DNA of 64,000 nt, taken from the NCBI GenBank assembly GCA_965262715.1, contig OZ253553.1, forward strand, positions 2,240,001-2,304,000. The letters are read 5' to 3'. Source of the DNA: Bdellovibrionales bacterium. GTDB lineage: Bacteria; Bdellovibrionota; Bdellovibrionia; Bdellovibrionales; JAUICD01. The translations under genes and the position numbers were made by a program. Positions 1 to 9,747 of the stretch are shown here, piece after piece. Position 1 is the first letter of the stretch. Every line of letters starts with the position of its first letter. The notes below the pieces were generated by a model. That model was not told the DNA's origin, searched no databases, and worked only from the letters and a program-made list of their open reading frames with translations.

Positions 1-2
1 GA

Positions 3-329
3 GTTTTCATTGTAGTTTTTGTTCTTACATTTTTAACAACACAAATAGGACTTGCCAATCTTTATGTCCTAGTTAAAGGAAAAGTGAAATCTCATGAGGG
101 TGGAATTTACACTATTGAAACTAACAAGTCTTTAGTCCACATAAAAGATCAAAGCCTTACATTAGAGCTTAAACGAACACTTCATAGAAGAATAGGCCGT
201 CAAATACAAATAACCGTTCCACAACAGGCTATCGCTTCTCAATCTACTCAATCAAATAAATCGACTAGAACTCAAGCAAATATTAAAAAGAAAAGAACAT
301 TAAATAAAAACTTAAAGGCAAATAAGTAA
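3..329 (+). CDS. Small secreted beta-rich protein, 5' end outside the window; paralog of 55214..55541
   Basis: Frame is open from base 3 (VFIVVFVLTFLTTQIGLA, signal-like) into LYVLVKGKVKSHEGGIYTIET...IGRQIQITVP, which aligns with the 55 kb protein. Confidence 0.7.
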   Translation, partial: VFIVVFVLTFLTTQIGLANLYVLVKGKVKSHEGGIYTIETNKSLVHIKDQSLTLELKRTLHRRIGRQIQITVPQQAIASQSTQSNKSTRTQANIKKKRTLNKNLKANK

Positions 330-349
330 AGAAAAGAGAGGTATTTAGA

Positions 350-1057
350 ATGAAGATGCGAAGGAACTCAAACCTATTTAATAAAGTTGTCTTACATAGA
401 ATAATTTATAAGCTCATTATTTTCACTACAGCTTATATACCAAGTATGTATGTTCATGCTATTTATGAAGACTGTGAAGCTGTTACACACCCTTATATAG
501 AAGTCAGTTTATGTAAAATAAGAATAAAAAACTGCAAAAACAATGGCGTCCCAGACACTAGAACAAATCTCGAGGCAACCTGTGATATAGCCCATTTGTC
601 ATGCCCAGCAAGTTCTAATGCAGAATGTTATCCCTTCGCCTGTCCTACCAATCCAAATGAGTGTGCTAACGATAATGAAGGTGATGGTATTACAAATTAT
701 ACAAACACCGCCACAATTCAAGCAATTCCACCATACAGTGGCTGTAAAAAACAAGGAGAAACAATAGTAGAAGACTACCGATGTAAAATGACAGTGACCT
801 CTTGCAAACAAGGTCGTGAATATGCTATTCCCCCAGGAACTCCCGCAACAGCTGTTTGTGATACAGGTATATGTGATAGAAAAAATCCTCCAGATTGCAA
901 GTGTCCTACTGACCCAAATGAATGTGTTAATGATTCCCAAGGAGATAATTTTACAGTTTATAACAATACTGAGTATATTAGATCATCAGATGTTAGAACA
1001 AGTCCACCAAGTCGACATAGGTGCCCCACACCAAGTTGTAGTGGAAGAAACAACTAA
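350..1057 (+). CDS. Secreted cysteine-rich protein with two copies of a YxxC...CD...CP..NECxND domain
   Basis: RBS GAGG; hydrophobic N-terminus ending VHA; internal repeat CPTNPNECAND / CPTDPNECVND. Confidence 0.75.
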   Translation: MKMRRNSNLFNKVVLHRIIYKLIIFTTAYIPSMYVHAIYEDCEAVTHPYIEVSLCKIRIKNCKNNGVPDTRTNLEATCDIAHLSCPASSNAECYPFACPTNPNECANDNEGDGITNYTNTATIQAIPPYSGCKKQGETIVEDYRCKMTVTSCKQGREYAIPPGTPATAVCDTGICDRKNPPDCKCPTDPNECVNDSQGDNFTVYNNTEYIRSSDVRTSPPSRHRCPTPSCSGRNN

Positions 1058-1094
1058 AAGATATTCTTTTTTAACAGTAGCGCACGTACATAAT

Positions 1095-1134
1095 AAAAGA
1101 GAGGGGTTATGATTTCAAGATAACTCCTTTTTTC
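1095..1134. terminator. Possible bidirectional intrinsic terminator
   Basis: GGGGTTAT...ATAACTCC stem with A and T tracts between convergent genes. Confidence 0.4.
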
Positions 1135-1261
1135 TATTTAAAACATTCAACAAAAACATCCTGTATATTGTGTAATATGAACATTTAATTTTCTATTTTT
1201 CAAATAGGTGCATTTTATTTGTCTGGAATCTGGCCTCTGGGAAACAAGAGATAAAGTTAAC

Positions 1262-3415
1262 TTACTTCAAGTTTTCTCTATAAATCAGAGGTAATCCTAT
1301 AAAAAAAGTAATAATAGATAAAAAAGTGGCTAGTCGCCAACTTAAGCTCTGGCCAAAATCAAACCGTATTTTATTCTGAGAAGGCACCATTCCTATCAAT
1401 CCAGGAGAGATTAAATAAATAGGATCATTCGTAGATGTTTTCCAAGAAGGATGGTAAGCAAACTTCACAACATGAGGAACACCAACACAATTTGTCTCTA
1501 AATCAAAACCAAAAAAATCTACAGTCACATTTGTCTCACAATCTTTCTTAGAATTGTTTTCAATAGTTATTTTAAATTTCTCTGTATCAGAATTTAAGGC
1601 GAGCAACTGCCATGGATTTTCTCCATCATATTTATCAAACCATTTGTTCATTGTGTGCCTCCAATCATCTGTTTTTTCAATAAGATTCACAGAACCATAA
1701 ATAGGGTCTGCAAATGAAGGAGAATTCTTTAAATGATAGAGTGTCCAGGGATCAAATCCTTTCTCTTCAATAAGGTAATCTGCTTGTCGAATTTTTTCCT
1801 TGCTTTCATCTGTAAAAACAATGATATGACCAATTCCCATAAGATTGAGCTTAGGAGCTAAATTTTCAATTCCATAACTTGGACAAATATAACCTCTGAT
1901 AGGACAAGAAGGCGACTTGCTCACTTTTGCTTGCATATAGTAAGATGTGGGGGAAAGTAAATTAGCTTCTGCATATAATCCTTCTAAGGTGGCTCTAGAG
2001 GTAAAATAAGGTAACATTTCAAAAACACGTGGAGTTCCGGCAGCGTTATGTAGAGTATTATGCTCGAATATAATACGAGGTTTAGAAAATCCAGGTGAAA
2101 TCCCTTCATACAACTTTTGTAAGTTAGGGTAATATTTCTTATTCTGCCATCCTGAATAATTCCATTGACTCCAATAAGAAAAATTCTTTATATAGCCTGT
2201 CATCCACCACATCATTAGTAAAATAGCGGGAAGAACAAATATAGAAAAACCCTTTTTTGGAATATAGATACGATTTACAAAAGCACATAAAATACTTGAA
2301 GAAATACATAAAAAGAGTGTAATTTGAGGAAGCACTCGACTATCTACTAAGCCTATTTTAGGAAACACAAAAAACAATCCAAAATAAACTAAGGCTGGTA
2401 TCATCCAAAACAGCAAAGACTTATATTCTAAAATTTTATGCTTCCTTTGAAAAAACACAAACCCCATAAAAACAAGTCCGATAAAACTAACTGCATATAT
2501 TGGATATAACTCTTTAGAAGTAAAAACATCTACAAGAGCCTTGGTTCCAAAATACATAGCTACAGGAGTTGTCCATGAATGATGATCCATCATAGGCCAT
2601 AAAAACCAAAGTGATAAAGCAAGAGTGGTCAATCCTGTAATAACCAATATTTTCAACCAACTAACCAACTGGTGTCTTTTCGCAAATACCAAAACTGAAA
2701 GAAAAAACACAGGAATAATAACAAAAACATACGCATGAGATAAAGCTGTGGCTGAAAAAAAACAAATAGCTGCTATAGATATGTGATTTTGTTTGATACT
2801 TTTAACCAAACATCCAAGCCCTAATAAAAGAAAGCAAAGAGCATAAAGGTGAGCAAACTGCCCTGAAAGAGTAGAAAGGGTATTTCCTCCAAACATAGAA
2901 TAAGACTCATTGTAAAGATGTGGTAAAGTTAAACATACAGCTAATATAGGTGTTGGAAATTTAAAATCCATTTGGCGCATACAAAAATAAACACAAAAAG
3001 GAAGCATAAAAATAGGTAAGAGTGTGCCAATATTAAAAGCTGTCCCTAAGTCTACAAAAAAACTTATAATGACCATAATCATAAAAGGCAGAGGAAAATA
3101 GTGGAGCAATACTGGCTCTCCACCTAAGTTTCCTGGATTCCACAACCGAAGATAGAGAGCTTGCTCGCCAAGATAACGAGGGTCTAATAATTTTAATAAA
3201 TAAGGAACTCCTTCATTTTTTAGAACATAAAGTGGCCAAAAGTGTGATCCCATATCACCACCTGTTGCAGGAAGTGAGTTAAGAACATCTATAGGAAGGT
3301 GGTAAATCAAAAAACCTGAAACAAAAATTAGGCCTAAAAGGTCTATGATGTTTTCTGCAATAAATTGTTTTGTTAATTTAATATAACTCATTATATTAAT
3401 CCCTATAAAAACCAA
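1262..3415 (-). CDS. Polytopic membrane protein, PTPS-related / GT-C glycosyltransferase-like
   Basis: GGDMGSH and WNPGNLGGEP..HYFPLP motifs, many TM helices, large soluble C-terminal region. Confidence 0.7.
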   Translation of the reverse strand: MVFIGINIMSYIKLTKQFIAENIIDLLGLIFVSGFLIYHLPIDVLNSLPATGGDMGSHFWPLYVLKNEGVPYLLKLLDPRYLGEQALYLRLWNPGNLGGEPVLLHYFPLPFMIMVIISFFVDLGTAFNIGTLLPIFMLPFCVYFCMRQMDFKFPTPILAVCLTLPHLYNESYSMFGGNTLSTLSGQFAHLYALCFLLLGLGCLVKSIKQNHISIAAICFFSATALSHAYVFVIIPVFFLSVLVFAKRHQLVSWLKILVITGLTTLALSLWFLWPMMDHHSWTTPVAMYFGTKALVDVFTSKELYPIYAVSFIGLVFMGFVFFQRKHKILEYKSLLFWMIPALVYFGLFFVFPKIGLVDSRVLPQITLFLCISSSILCAFVNRIYIPKKGFSIFVLPAILLMMWWMTGYIKNFSYWSQWNYSGWQNKKYYPNLQKLYEGISPGFSKPRIIFEHNTLHNAAGTPRVFEMLPYFTSRATLEGLYAEANLLSPTSYYMQAKVSKSPSCPIRGYICPSYGIENLAPKLNLMGIGHIIVFTDESKEKIRQADYLIEEKGFDPWTLYHLKNSPSFADPIYGSVNLIEKTDDWRHTMNKWFDKYDGENPWQLLALNSDTEKFKITIENNSKKDCETNVTVDFFGFDLETNCVGVPHVVKFAYHPSWKTSTNDPIYLISPGLIGMVPSQNKIRFDFGQSLSWRLATFLSIITFFIGLPLIYRENLK

Positions 3416-3460
3416 TTTTACTTAATTTTAATATTAAGTTATTTATCATCCTAAATCACC

Positions 3461-4108
3461 GGTTTATTTTTAGGAAAGAGACTACCCTCGTTTTTTTACA
3501 TCATGTTAGGGAAATTGTTTTTGTTTCCTAAAAATAAACCTGCCTCTATTTCACTAAAATGCACCTGACCTCTGGTCACTTTCTGGCAGTTAGCATTTTT
3601 TTGAAGGCGTAAGCCTTCAGGCTAATTGCCCAAAAACTGCCAAAGGTAAGGGATGTATTGTTTTTTAGAAAAACAAGGAAAAAACCTTTGGGGCAATGAC
3701 TGGATATTTATGGCAAAGCCAAGTAGTCCTCGATGGGATCGCTTTTTAGCGATCCCATCTGCGGAAGAACCTGTCTTTGCCATAAATATCCAGTCTTATC
3801 TTGCTATGAAAAGATTAAAGGTAATTTGTAGAGGAGAAAGTAGGAAATGAGAAATAAAATAGTAAACGATTCCCTTAACATCGTGTAAAAGAATGAGGAT
3901 AGTCTCCTTCCTAAAAATAAACGGATTTTTGAGGCAGGTTCATTTTTAGGGATACAGTTTCCTTAACATCGTGTTAAAGAACGAGGGTAGTCTCTCTCCT
4001 AAAAATAGTCAGGCTTTCTAGGCATTGCCCTATTTGCCAAACGGCGTGAGCCAGTTTGGGGGCAATGCCAGAAAGTGGCCAGAGGCCAGACTATTTTTAG
4101 GGATACAG
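3461..4108. repeat. Large composite copy of dispersed modular repeat family R1 (MITE/REP-like)
   Basis: Shares modules with 12.9, 15.5 and 27.5-28.3 kb; GNRA hairpins at about 3586-3630 and 4021-4070; nested palindrome 3698-3795; ends in TTTTTAGGGATACAG. Confidence 0.85.
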
Positions 4109-4197
4109 GTCCAGTTTCTTATTGTTTATCTACGATATTATAGACTTTTCATGCTTGTTTGTTTTTTTATATAAGTCTTTCTGGTATTTTTAAAGCT

Positions 4198-4944
4198 ATG
4201 AAGTACCGTTTTATATTCTTACTTGTCATTTTAAGTATTCTCTTATTAATTACCTGTTTCTATCATATAGATAATTCAAATACTTTTAAGTTAAAACATA
4301 TTTATATTTCTTATACCTCTCCAGACCAAACAAAACAGCTTTATTGGAAGGATCGTATAGACACTCTTAAAAACAAATGGGGCTCATTTAAAGGAAAAAA
4401 TCTTTGGAATATTCGTATTTCTAAAATCAAAAAAACCTTATCCAAAGAGGCATGGATTAAAAAACTTCAAGTACAACGCAAATGGCCTAATGCGCTAAAT
4501 ATTTTATTAACCCCTAAAAAAGTATTAGCTATTGAAGTAAGCAGTCAAGGGCTTGTTATGCCTCTATCTGAAAATGGGGAGCCTCTTGATCCAAGCCCAC
4601 TCACTAGGTCTATTATTGCTCCTGTTTTAAGATACTCTAAACAATATCTTCCACAAAATAATAAAAAAGTCAGGGCACAAATCACTCACCTACTATCTCG
4701 TCTGCCAGATCAAGGATATTTAAGCTTGTCACAAATTGATGAAATCACTGTAGAGCAAAATGAAATATACCTACATATTCTAAAAGAAAGAATGAAGATA
4801 CAACTTGGAGAAAAAAATATCCCTATAAAGATAGCAAGAGTGGAGAAGGTTCTAGAATATTTGAAAAGTCAAAATATTACAAGCCGCGTTATTGACGCTC
4901 ACCTCTCCCAAAAAGTTCTTGTGAGACCATATAAACATCGATAG
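4198..4944 (+). CDS. ftsQ: Cell division protein FtsQ/DivIB
   Basis: Single N-terminal TM, POTRA-like WIKKLQVQRKWPNAL, directly upstream of ftsA; ATG at 4198 preferred over the TTG at 4159. Confidence 0.8.
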   Translation: MKYRFIFLLVILSILLLITCFYHIDNSNTFKLKHIYISYTSPDQTKQLYWKDRIDTLKNKWGSFKGKNLWNIRISKIKKTLSKEAWIKKLQVQRKWPNALNILLTPKKVLAIEVSSQGLVMPLSENGEPLDPSPLTRSIIAPVLRYSKQYLPQNNKKVRAQITHLLSRLPDQGYLSLSQIDEITVEQNEIYLHILKERMKIQLGEKNIPIKIARVEKVLEYLKSQNITSRVIDAHLSQKVLVRPYKHR

Positions 4945-5069
4945 CCTAAAATAGGGGCTATTAGAAGCAAATCTTTGTAATTACTCATTTTTTAACCTGT
5001 TTGTCTATAGACAAAAGTCTTAATAATACATTTATGCATAATTACTTATGAAAAAAGGTAAAAAAGCAA

Positions 5070-6326
5070 ATGAAGAACCTCAAACGAAAAGAATCTATCA
5101 TCGCAAGTTTAGATATAGGCAGCATGGAGGTACGGGCTGTTATCGGCCAAGTCTTTGAATCAAATATAGATATTATAGGTGTTGGCCGAGCATCCAGCCA
5201 TGGTTTACGCAAAGGAATTGTCGTCAACATTGATGATACGACTAAAGCTATCCACGAAGCCATCGAAGCTGCTGAGCTTATGGCAGGAACGGATGTCTCT
5301 ACAGTTTATGTTGGAATTTCTGGCTCTCATATCAATTCTTTTGATTCAAGAGGAATGGTAGCAATTCAAGGTAAAGAAATTCGCTCTATTGATGTTCAAA
5401 GAGTGATAGATGCTAGCCAGGCTGTTTCTGTTCCTTCAGATCGCAATGTGATTCACATTATTTCCAAAGGATTTAAAGTGGATGATCAAGAAGGTATTAG
5501 TGACCCTATTGGAATGTCTGGCGTGAGATTAGAATCATCTGTACACATTGTGACAGCTAATCGCACAGCCCTACAAAACGTTTTAAAATGTTGTCAAAAA
5601 GCAGGCTTAAAAGTTGAATCTATTGCTTTAAACACATTAGCATCTGCTAATTTTCTACTCAGTGCAGATGAACAAAGCTTAGGAGTAGGCCTTGTAGATA
5701 TTGGGGAAGAAACAACTAATATTATTCTTTACACTAAAGGGGAATTAGCATTCACCACAGTATTACCTATAGGAGCTAATTCTATCACAAATGACATTGC
5801 TATTGTTTTAAAAACTCCTCTAACGGATGCAGAAAAACTCAAATGTCAATTTGGATGTGCCATGCCTAACTTGGTTATGGAAGGCGAAACTTTAGATATT
5901 TCAAGTGTAGGTGATCGTCCAAAACAAGATATACAAAGAAAATATCTCTGTGAAATTATTGAACCACGTGCTGAAGAAATATTCCATCTGATTCAAAATA
6001 AAATTCAAAAAACAAGTTTAGCCTCTCAACTAGCTTCAGGAATCGTTCTTACAGGAGGAGGCAGTCAACTAGATGGCCTTGTTGAGATGGGAGAATTTCT
6101 TTTTGACATGCCAGTAAGAAAAGGTCATTTGCAAAACATAGGAGGATTAAAAGAAACTGTCAGTTGCCCTTCGTTCACTATGGGGATAGGATTATTATTA
6201 TATGGGTTAGAAGAAAGAGAAAAAAGAAGATTTAGATCTCAACCTAGTCTAGCTCAATGGTTAAAAAAATCAGCTCAATTGTTAAAAGGCTTTGTGACAA
6301 GGAGGAAGCATGTTGGAAATAGATGA
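5070..6326 (+). CDS. ftsA: Cell division protein FtsA
   Basis: [33 protein letters not shown] motifs. Confidence 0.97.
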   Translation: MKNLKRKESIIASLDIGSMEVRAVIGQVFESNIDIIGVGRASSHGLRKGIVVNIDDTTKAIHEAIEAAELMAGTDVSTVYVGISGSHINSFDSRGMVAIQGKEIRSIDVQRVIDASQAVSVPSDRNVIHIISKGFKVDDQEGISDPIGMSGVRLESSVHIVTANRTALQNVLKCCQKAGLKVESIALNTLASANFLLSADEQSLGVGLVDIGEETTNIILYTKGELAFTTVLPIGANSITNDIAIVLKTPLTDAEKLKCQFGCAMPNLVMEGETLDISSVGDRPKQDIQRKYLCEIIEPRAEEIFHLIQNKIQKTSLASQLASGIVLTGGGSQLDGLVEMGEFLFDMPVRKGHLQNIGGLKETVSCPSFTMGIGLLLYGLEEREKRRFRSQPSLAQWLKKSAQLLKGFVTRRKHVGNR

Positions 6327-7944
6327 AAATATAGAATTTGGAGCAAATATCAAAGTCATCGGTGTTGGCGGTGGTGGTGGAAATGCTGTTTCAACTATGA
6401 TCAATAGTGGCTTAAAGGGCGTTGAGTTCATCATTGCAAATACAGATAAACAAGCTCTAAACTCTAACTCAGCAGATGTCCGCATACAACTGGGTCAGGA
6501 ACTTACAAAAGGATTAGGCGCAGGGGCTGATCCTGAAGTTGGCAGACGTGCTGCTATAGAATCACAAAATGATATTGCCAATGCCTTAAAAGGTATTGAT
6601 ATGGTATTTGTCACAGCTGGAATGGGAGGTGGAACAGGAACTGGCGGAGCCCCTGTTATTGCAAAAATTGCTAAGGATATGGGAGCTTTAACAATCGGAG
6701 TTGTCACTCGTCCATTTATTTTCGAAGGACGTAAAAGACAACGTCATGCAAATATAGGGCTTTCAGAACTTAAGGAGAATGTCGACACATTGATTGTTAT
6801 TCCCAATCAAAAACTACTTAGTATTTCTGCTGAAAAAACACCACTTCTTGATACCTTTAAAAAAGCTGATGAAGTTTTACTCAATGCTGTTCAGGGTATC
6901 TCTAACTTAATTAATGTAAAAGGACTAATTAATTTAGACTTTGCAGATATCAAGACAGTCATGTCAAATCAAGGTATGGCTATTATGGGAGCTGGAAGCG
7001 CATCAGGAGATAACCGAGCTACAGAAGCTGCCTCTAATTCTATATCCTCACCTTTACTTGAAAATATCTCTATTAAAGGTGCAACAGGCATTATCATCAA
7101 TGTAACAGGGCCTTCTAACCTTAGCCTACATGAAGTCAATGAGGCATCGACATTGATCACTGACTTAGCTCATGAAGATGCAGAGATTATATTTGGTGCT
7201 GTTATTGATGAAACCTTAACAGATGAATTGAAAGTGACAGTGATTGCGACAGGATTTGATGAAAACAAAAACGCTGAAATAGAAAAACCTCATTTTCACA
7301 CTCACAAAAACAATATAAATCACAGACATTTACAAACAAATAACTATCAAGATACGAGTTATTTAAATAATACACTTTCAAATACCCACAACCCTTCTCA
7401 TTTTGTAGATGCCACTCAACAAACCAACCATCCACCGCTACCTCCTCCTAACACCTGGCAAAACAAAGAATCAAATATACATTCTTCTTTAACATCTCTT
7501 GGCTTATCTTCTAAGTCTTTAGCACATCAAATATTGACAACTCTTCCTCCAAACACAGACTTACCTGTCAGCAATATAGATTTACCAACTCATGATACTA
7601 AAACAAAAGAGGGTGAGACTTCTAAGTCAAATCAGGATAACATCAATAATGAAGAAATCGAAAAGCTCAGTAGTGAACAAAACCAAATATTTGAAGAAGA
7701 GACAGAGAAAGACTTACAATCAAGACAAGCTTTATTAGACAAAATAAAATCTTATAAACAATCTTATCAAGAAAAAGATGATATAGCTTCTAGACAACTA
7801 TCCATGGATATACCTATAGAAGATACGACAAGTTCTGAAAACATCTTATTTGAAAAAGAACTAGACTCACCTTTTGATCAAAATATGCTTGATATACCTG
7901 CTTATATTAGAAAAAAGCATGCTCAAAAATCCAAAAATATTTGA
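6310..7944 (+). CDS. ftsZ: Cell division GTPase FtsZ with long C-terminal linker
   Basis: [18 protein letters not shown] tubulin signature, INLDFAD, C-terminal LDIPAYIRK. Confidence 0.98.
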   Translation: MLEIDENIEFGANIKVIGVGGGGGNAVSTMINSGLKGVEFIIANTDKQALNSNSADVRIQLGQELTKGLGAGADPEVGRRAAIESQNDIANALKGIDMVFVTAGMGGGTGTGGAPVIAKIAKDMGALTIGVVTRPFIFEGRKRQRHANIGLSELKENVDTLIVIPNQKLLSISAEKTPLLDTFKKADEVLLNAVQGISNLINVKGLINLDFADIKTVMSNQGMAIMGAGSASGDNRATEAASNSISSPLLENISIKGATGIIINVTGPSNLSLHEVNEASTLITDLAHEDAEIIFGAVIDETLTDELKVTVIATGFDENKNAEIEKPHFHTHKNNINHRHLQTNNYQDTSYLNNTLSNTHNPSHFVDATQQTNHPPLPPPNTWQNKESNIHSSLTSLGLSSKSLAHQILTTLPPNTDLPVSNIDLPTHDTKTKEGETSKSNQDNINNEEIEKLSSEQNQIFEEETEKDLQSRQALLDKIKSYKQSYQEKDDIASRQLSMDIPIEDTTSSENILFEKELDSPFDQNMLDIPAYIRKKHAQKSKNI

Positions 7945-7952
7945 ATTTAAAA

Positions 7953-8086
7953 GCATACAGTAGGCTTCTTCTATAGGCAACAAGCATCCCCCGTGCCACA
8001 TTACTGTTATTTTGTGATTTTATTATGGAATAAAATACTTCAAGAAAAATTTGTTCCCTGAGGCACTGGCCTGAGCCTAATGTATG
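7953..8086. repeat. Structured repeat family R2, copy 1 (after ftsZ)
   Basis: CCCCCGTGCC (7988-7997) and CCTGAGGCACTGGCCT (8057-8072) are identical to 45532-45541 and 45603-45618. Confidence 0.7.
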
Positions 8087-8315
8087 ATTTTAACTCTAAA
8101 TGTCTATTTTGTGTAACACTAAATCATTTAAAACAACCCCACCCCTAGAATAAGTATATAGATTCTTAAAGTAACTAAACTTCTGCAGAAAAACATCTTT
8201 TAATCATCTCTTACAAAAGCAAAGACGTAGTTAGACAAAAATACCAAAAATACCCTATACACTTAATATAAAGAGTATTATATTGAATAAGTAAAAACTT
8301 GGGAGCATATTACAA

Positions 8316-9176
8316 ATGAACTGGTTTGATCTTCGCAAAGGGTTTCTGATATTATTTGTGATTATATTACCATTACTATCACTTAATCTGCAAAACAAAA
8401 CATTAAAATGGTACTTAAGCCCTTTTATTTCAATAGCTTCTAATATACAAAGTGCTTACTCTGGCTTCACAGCAAGCATACAAAGTACAACATCTCTATA
8501 TTTAAATCTCATAGACATAAAGAAAAAAAACCTCAAGCTAAAAAAAGAAGTGATAAAAATAAATGCGCTCAAGGTTCAACTTTCAGAAGTTCAAATAGAA
8601 AATGAACGTTTAGAGCAGCTTTTAAATTTCAAGAATAACATACAACAACAATCATTAGCCGCTAGGGTCATAGCTCATGACTTGTTGTTTGGCACACATT
8701 CCACTATTCGTGTTAATCGCGGCACACAAGATGGAGTTGAAATCAACCAATCTGCTATCACTCCTTTAGGAGTCGTAGGTGTTGTTTTCCATGCTGAAAA
8801 GACATTCTCAGACATCCTCATATTAACAGATAACTTTTCAACAATAGATGCCATGGTCCAAAGGTCTCGAGTGCGTGGTGTGATTGCGGGTAAAAGAGGT
8901 TCTTGCACAATGCAGTACCTTGAAAGAGCTGATGATGTCCAAAGTGGTGATTTGATTATAACAACCGGTCTCGACAATATTTTTCCAAAAGGCATCCCCA
9001 TAGGTCATGTCATAAAAGTGCAAAAAAGAAGTCACGACATCTCTCAACAGGTTGAAGTAGAGCCTCTTATTAATCCTCATAATTTAGAAGAAGTACTTAT
9101 CATATTAAAACTTCCTACAGTCAAAACTATTCAGCCTTTAATTTCAAAAAATGAATTAAAAAAAGAAGAAATGTAA
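8316..9176 (+). CDS. mreC: Rod shape-determining protein MreC
   Basis: TM plus coiled coil, ENERLEQLL, GVVGVV, TTGLDNIFPKGIPIG. Confidence 0.95.
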   Translation: MNWFDLRKGFLILFVIILPLLSLNLQNKTLKWYLSPFISIASNIQSAYSGFTASIQSTTSLYLNLIDIKKKNLKLKKEVIKINALKVQLSEVQIENERLEQLLNFKNNIQQQSLAARVIAHDLLFGTHSTIRVNRGTQDGVEINQSAITPLGVVGVVFHAEKTFSDILILTDNFSTIDAMVQRSRVRGVIAGKRGSCTMQYLERADDVQSGDLIITTGLDNIFPKGIPIGHVIKVQKRSHDISQQVEVEPLINPHNLEEVLIILKLPTVKTIQPLISKNELKKEEM

Positions 9177-9192
9177 TTTTAAAAAGATTATT

Positions 9193-9735
9193 ATGACAAA
9201 CAAATTAAACTTATATATCAACTTTACAATAATGTTTACATTACTTTTATTGTTCTGCTTAATACAAACAACCACTTTATCACAATCTATGACAGCCTCT
9301 CAAGCTCCTAATCTATGGATCGCTTTTACAGTATATATTGCTTTATTTAGAAGACTTCCAGAAGGGTTGCTTTGGATTTATTTAAGCAGCTTAACAGGAA
9401 CTATTTTTTCTCATTGTTCTTTAAGCTTTTTTCTCATCAGTCAAATAATAATTTTATTTTATATAAGAACTATGAATATTTTTTGGAAAGGCGGCAGATA
9501 TTTTCTAATATTTTATAGCACTTCCATTATTTTATTCTATATAAGTAATTACTTCCTTTCTGTATTATTAAACTTACAAACTTTATATGATGTTTATTGG
9601 AATTCCTTTTTTTATCAGATTTTATGGGCTATCATACTCGGCTATCCTATTTATCAATTGCTTAAATGGATAGATGACCTCACAAAACGAAGCTCATCCT
9701 CTATAGACGCAGATGATTTAACATTAACAATTTAA
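9193..9735 (+). CDS. mreD: MreD-like membrane protein
   Basis: Very hydrophobic 180 aa between mreC and mrdA. Confidence 0.75.
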   Translation: MTNKLNLYINFTIMFTLLLLFCLIQTTTLSQSMTASQAPNLWIAFTVYIALFRRLPEGLLWIYLSSLTGTIFSHCSLSFFLISQIIILFYIRTMNIFWKGGRYFLIFYSTSIILFYISNYFLSVLLNLQTLYDVYWNSFFYQILWAIILGYPIYQLLKWIDDLTKRSSSSIDADDLTLTI

Positions 9736-9747
9736 AAGGGACTACTT

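Noticed and set aside
3653..3850. 65-aa ORF
   Set aside because: Lies wholly within the palindromic R1 repeat; the other copy reads on the opposite strand
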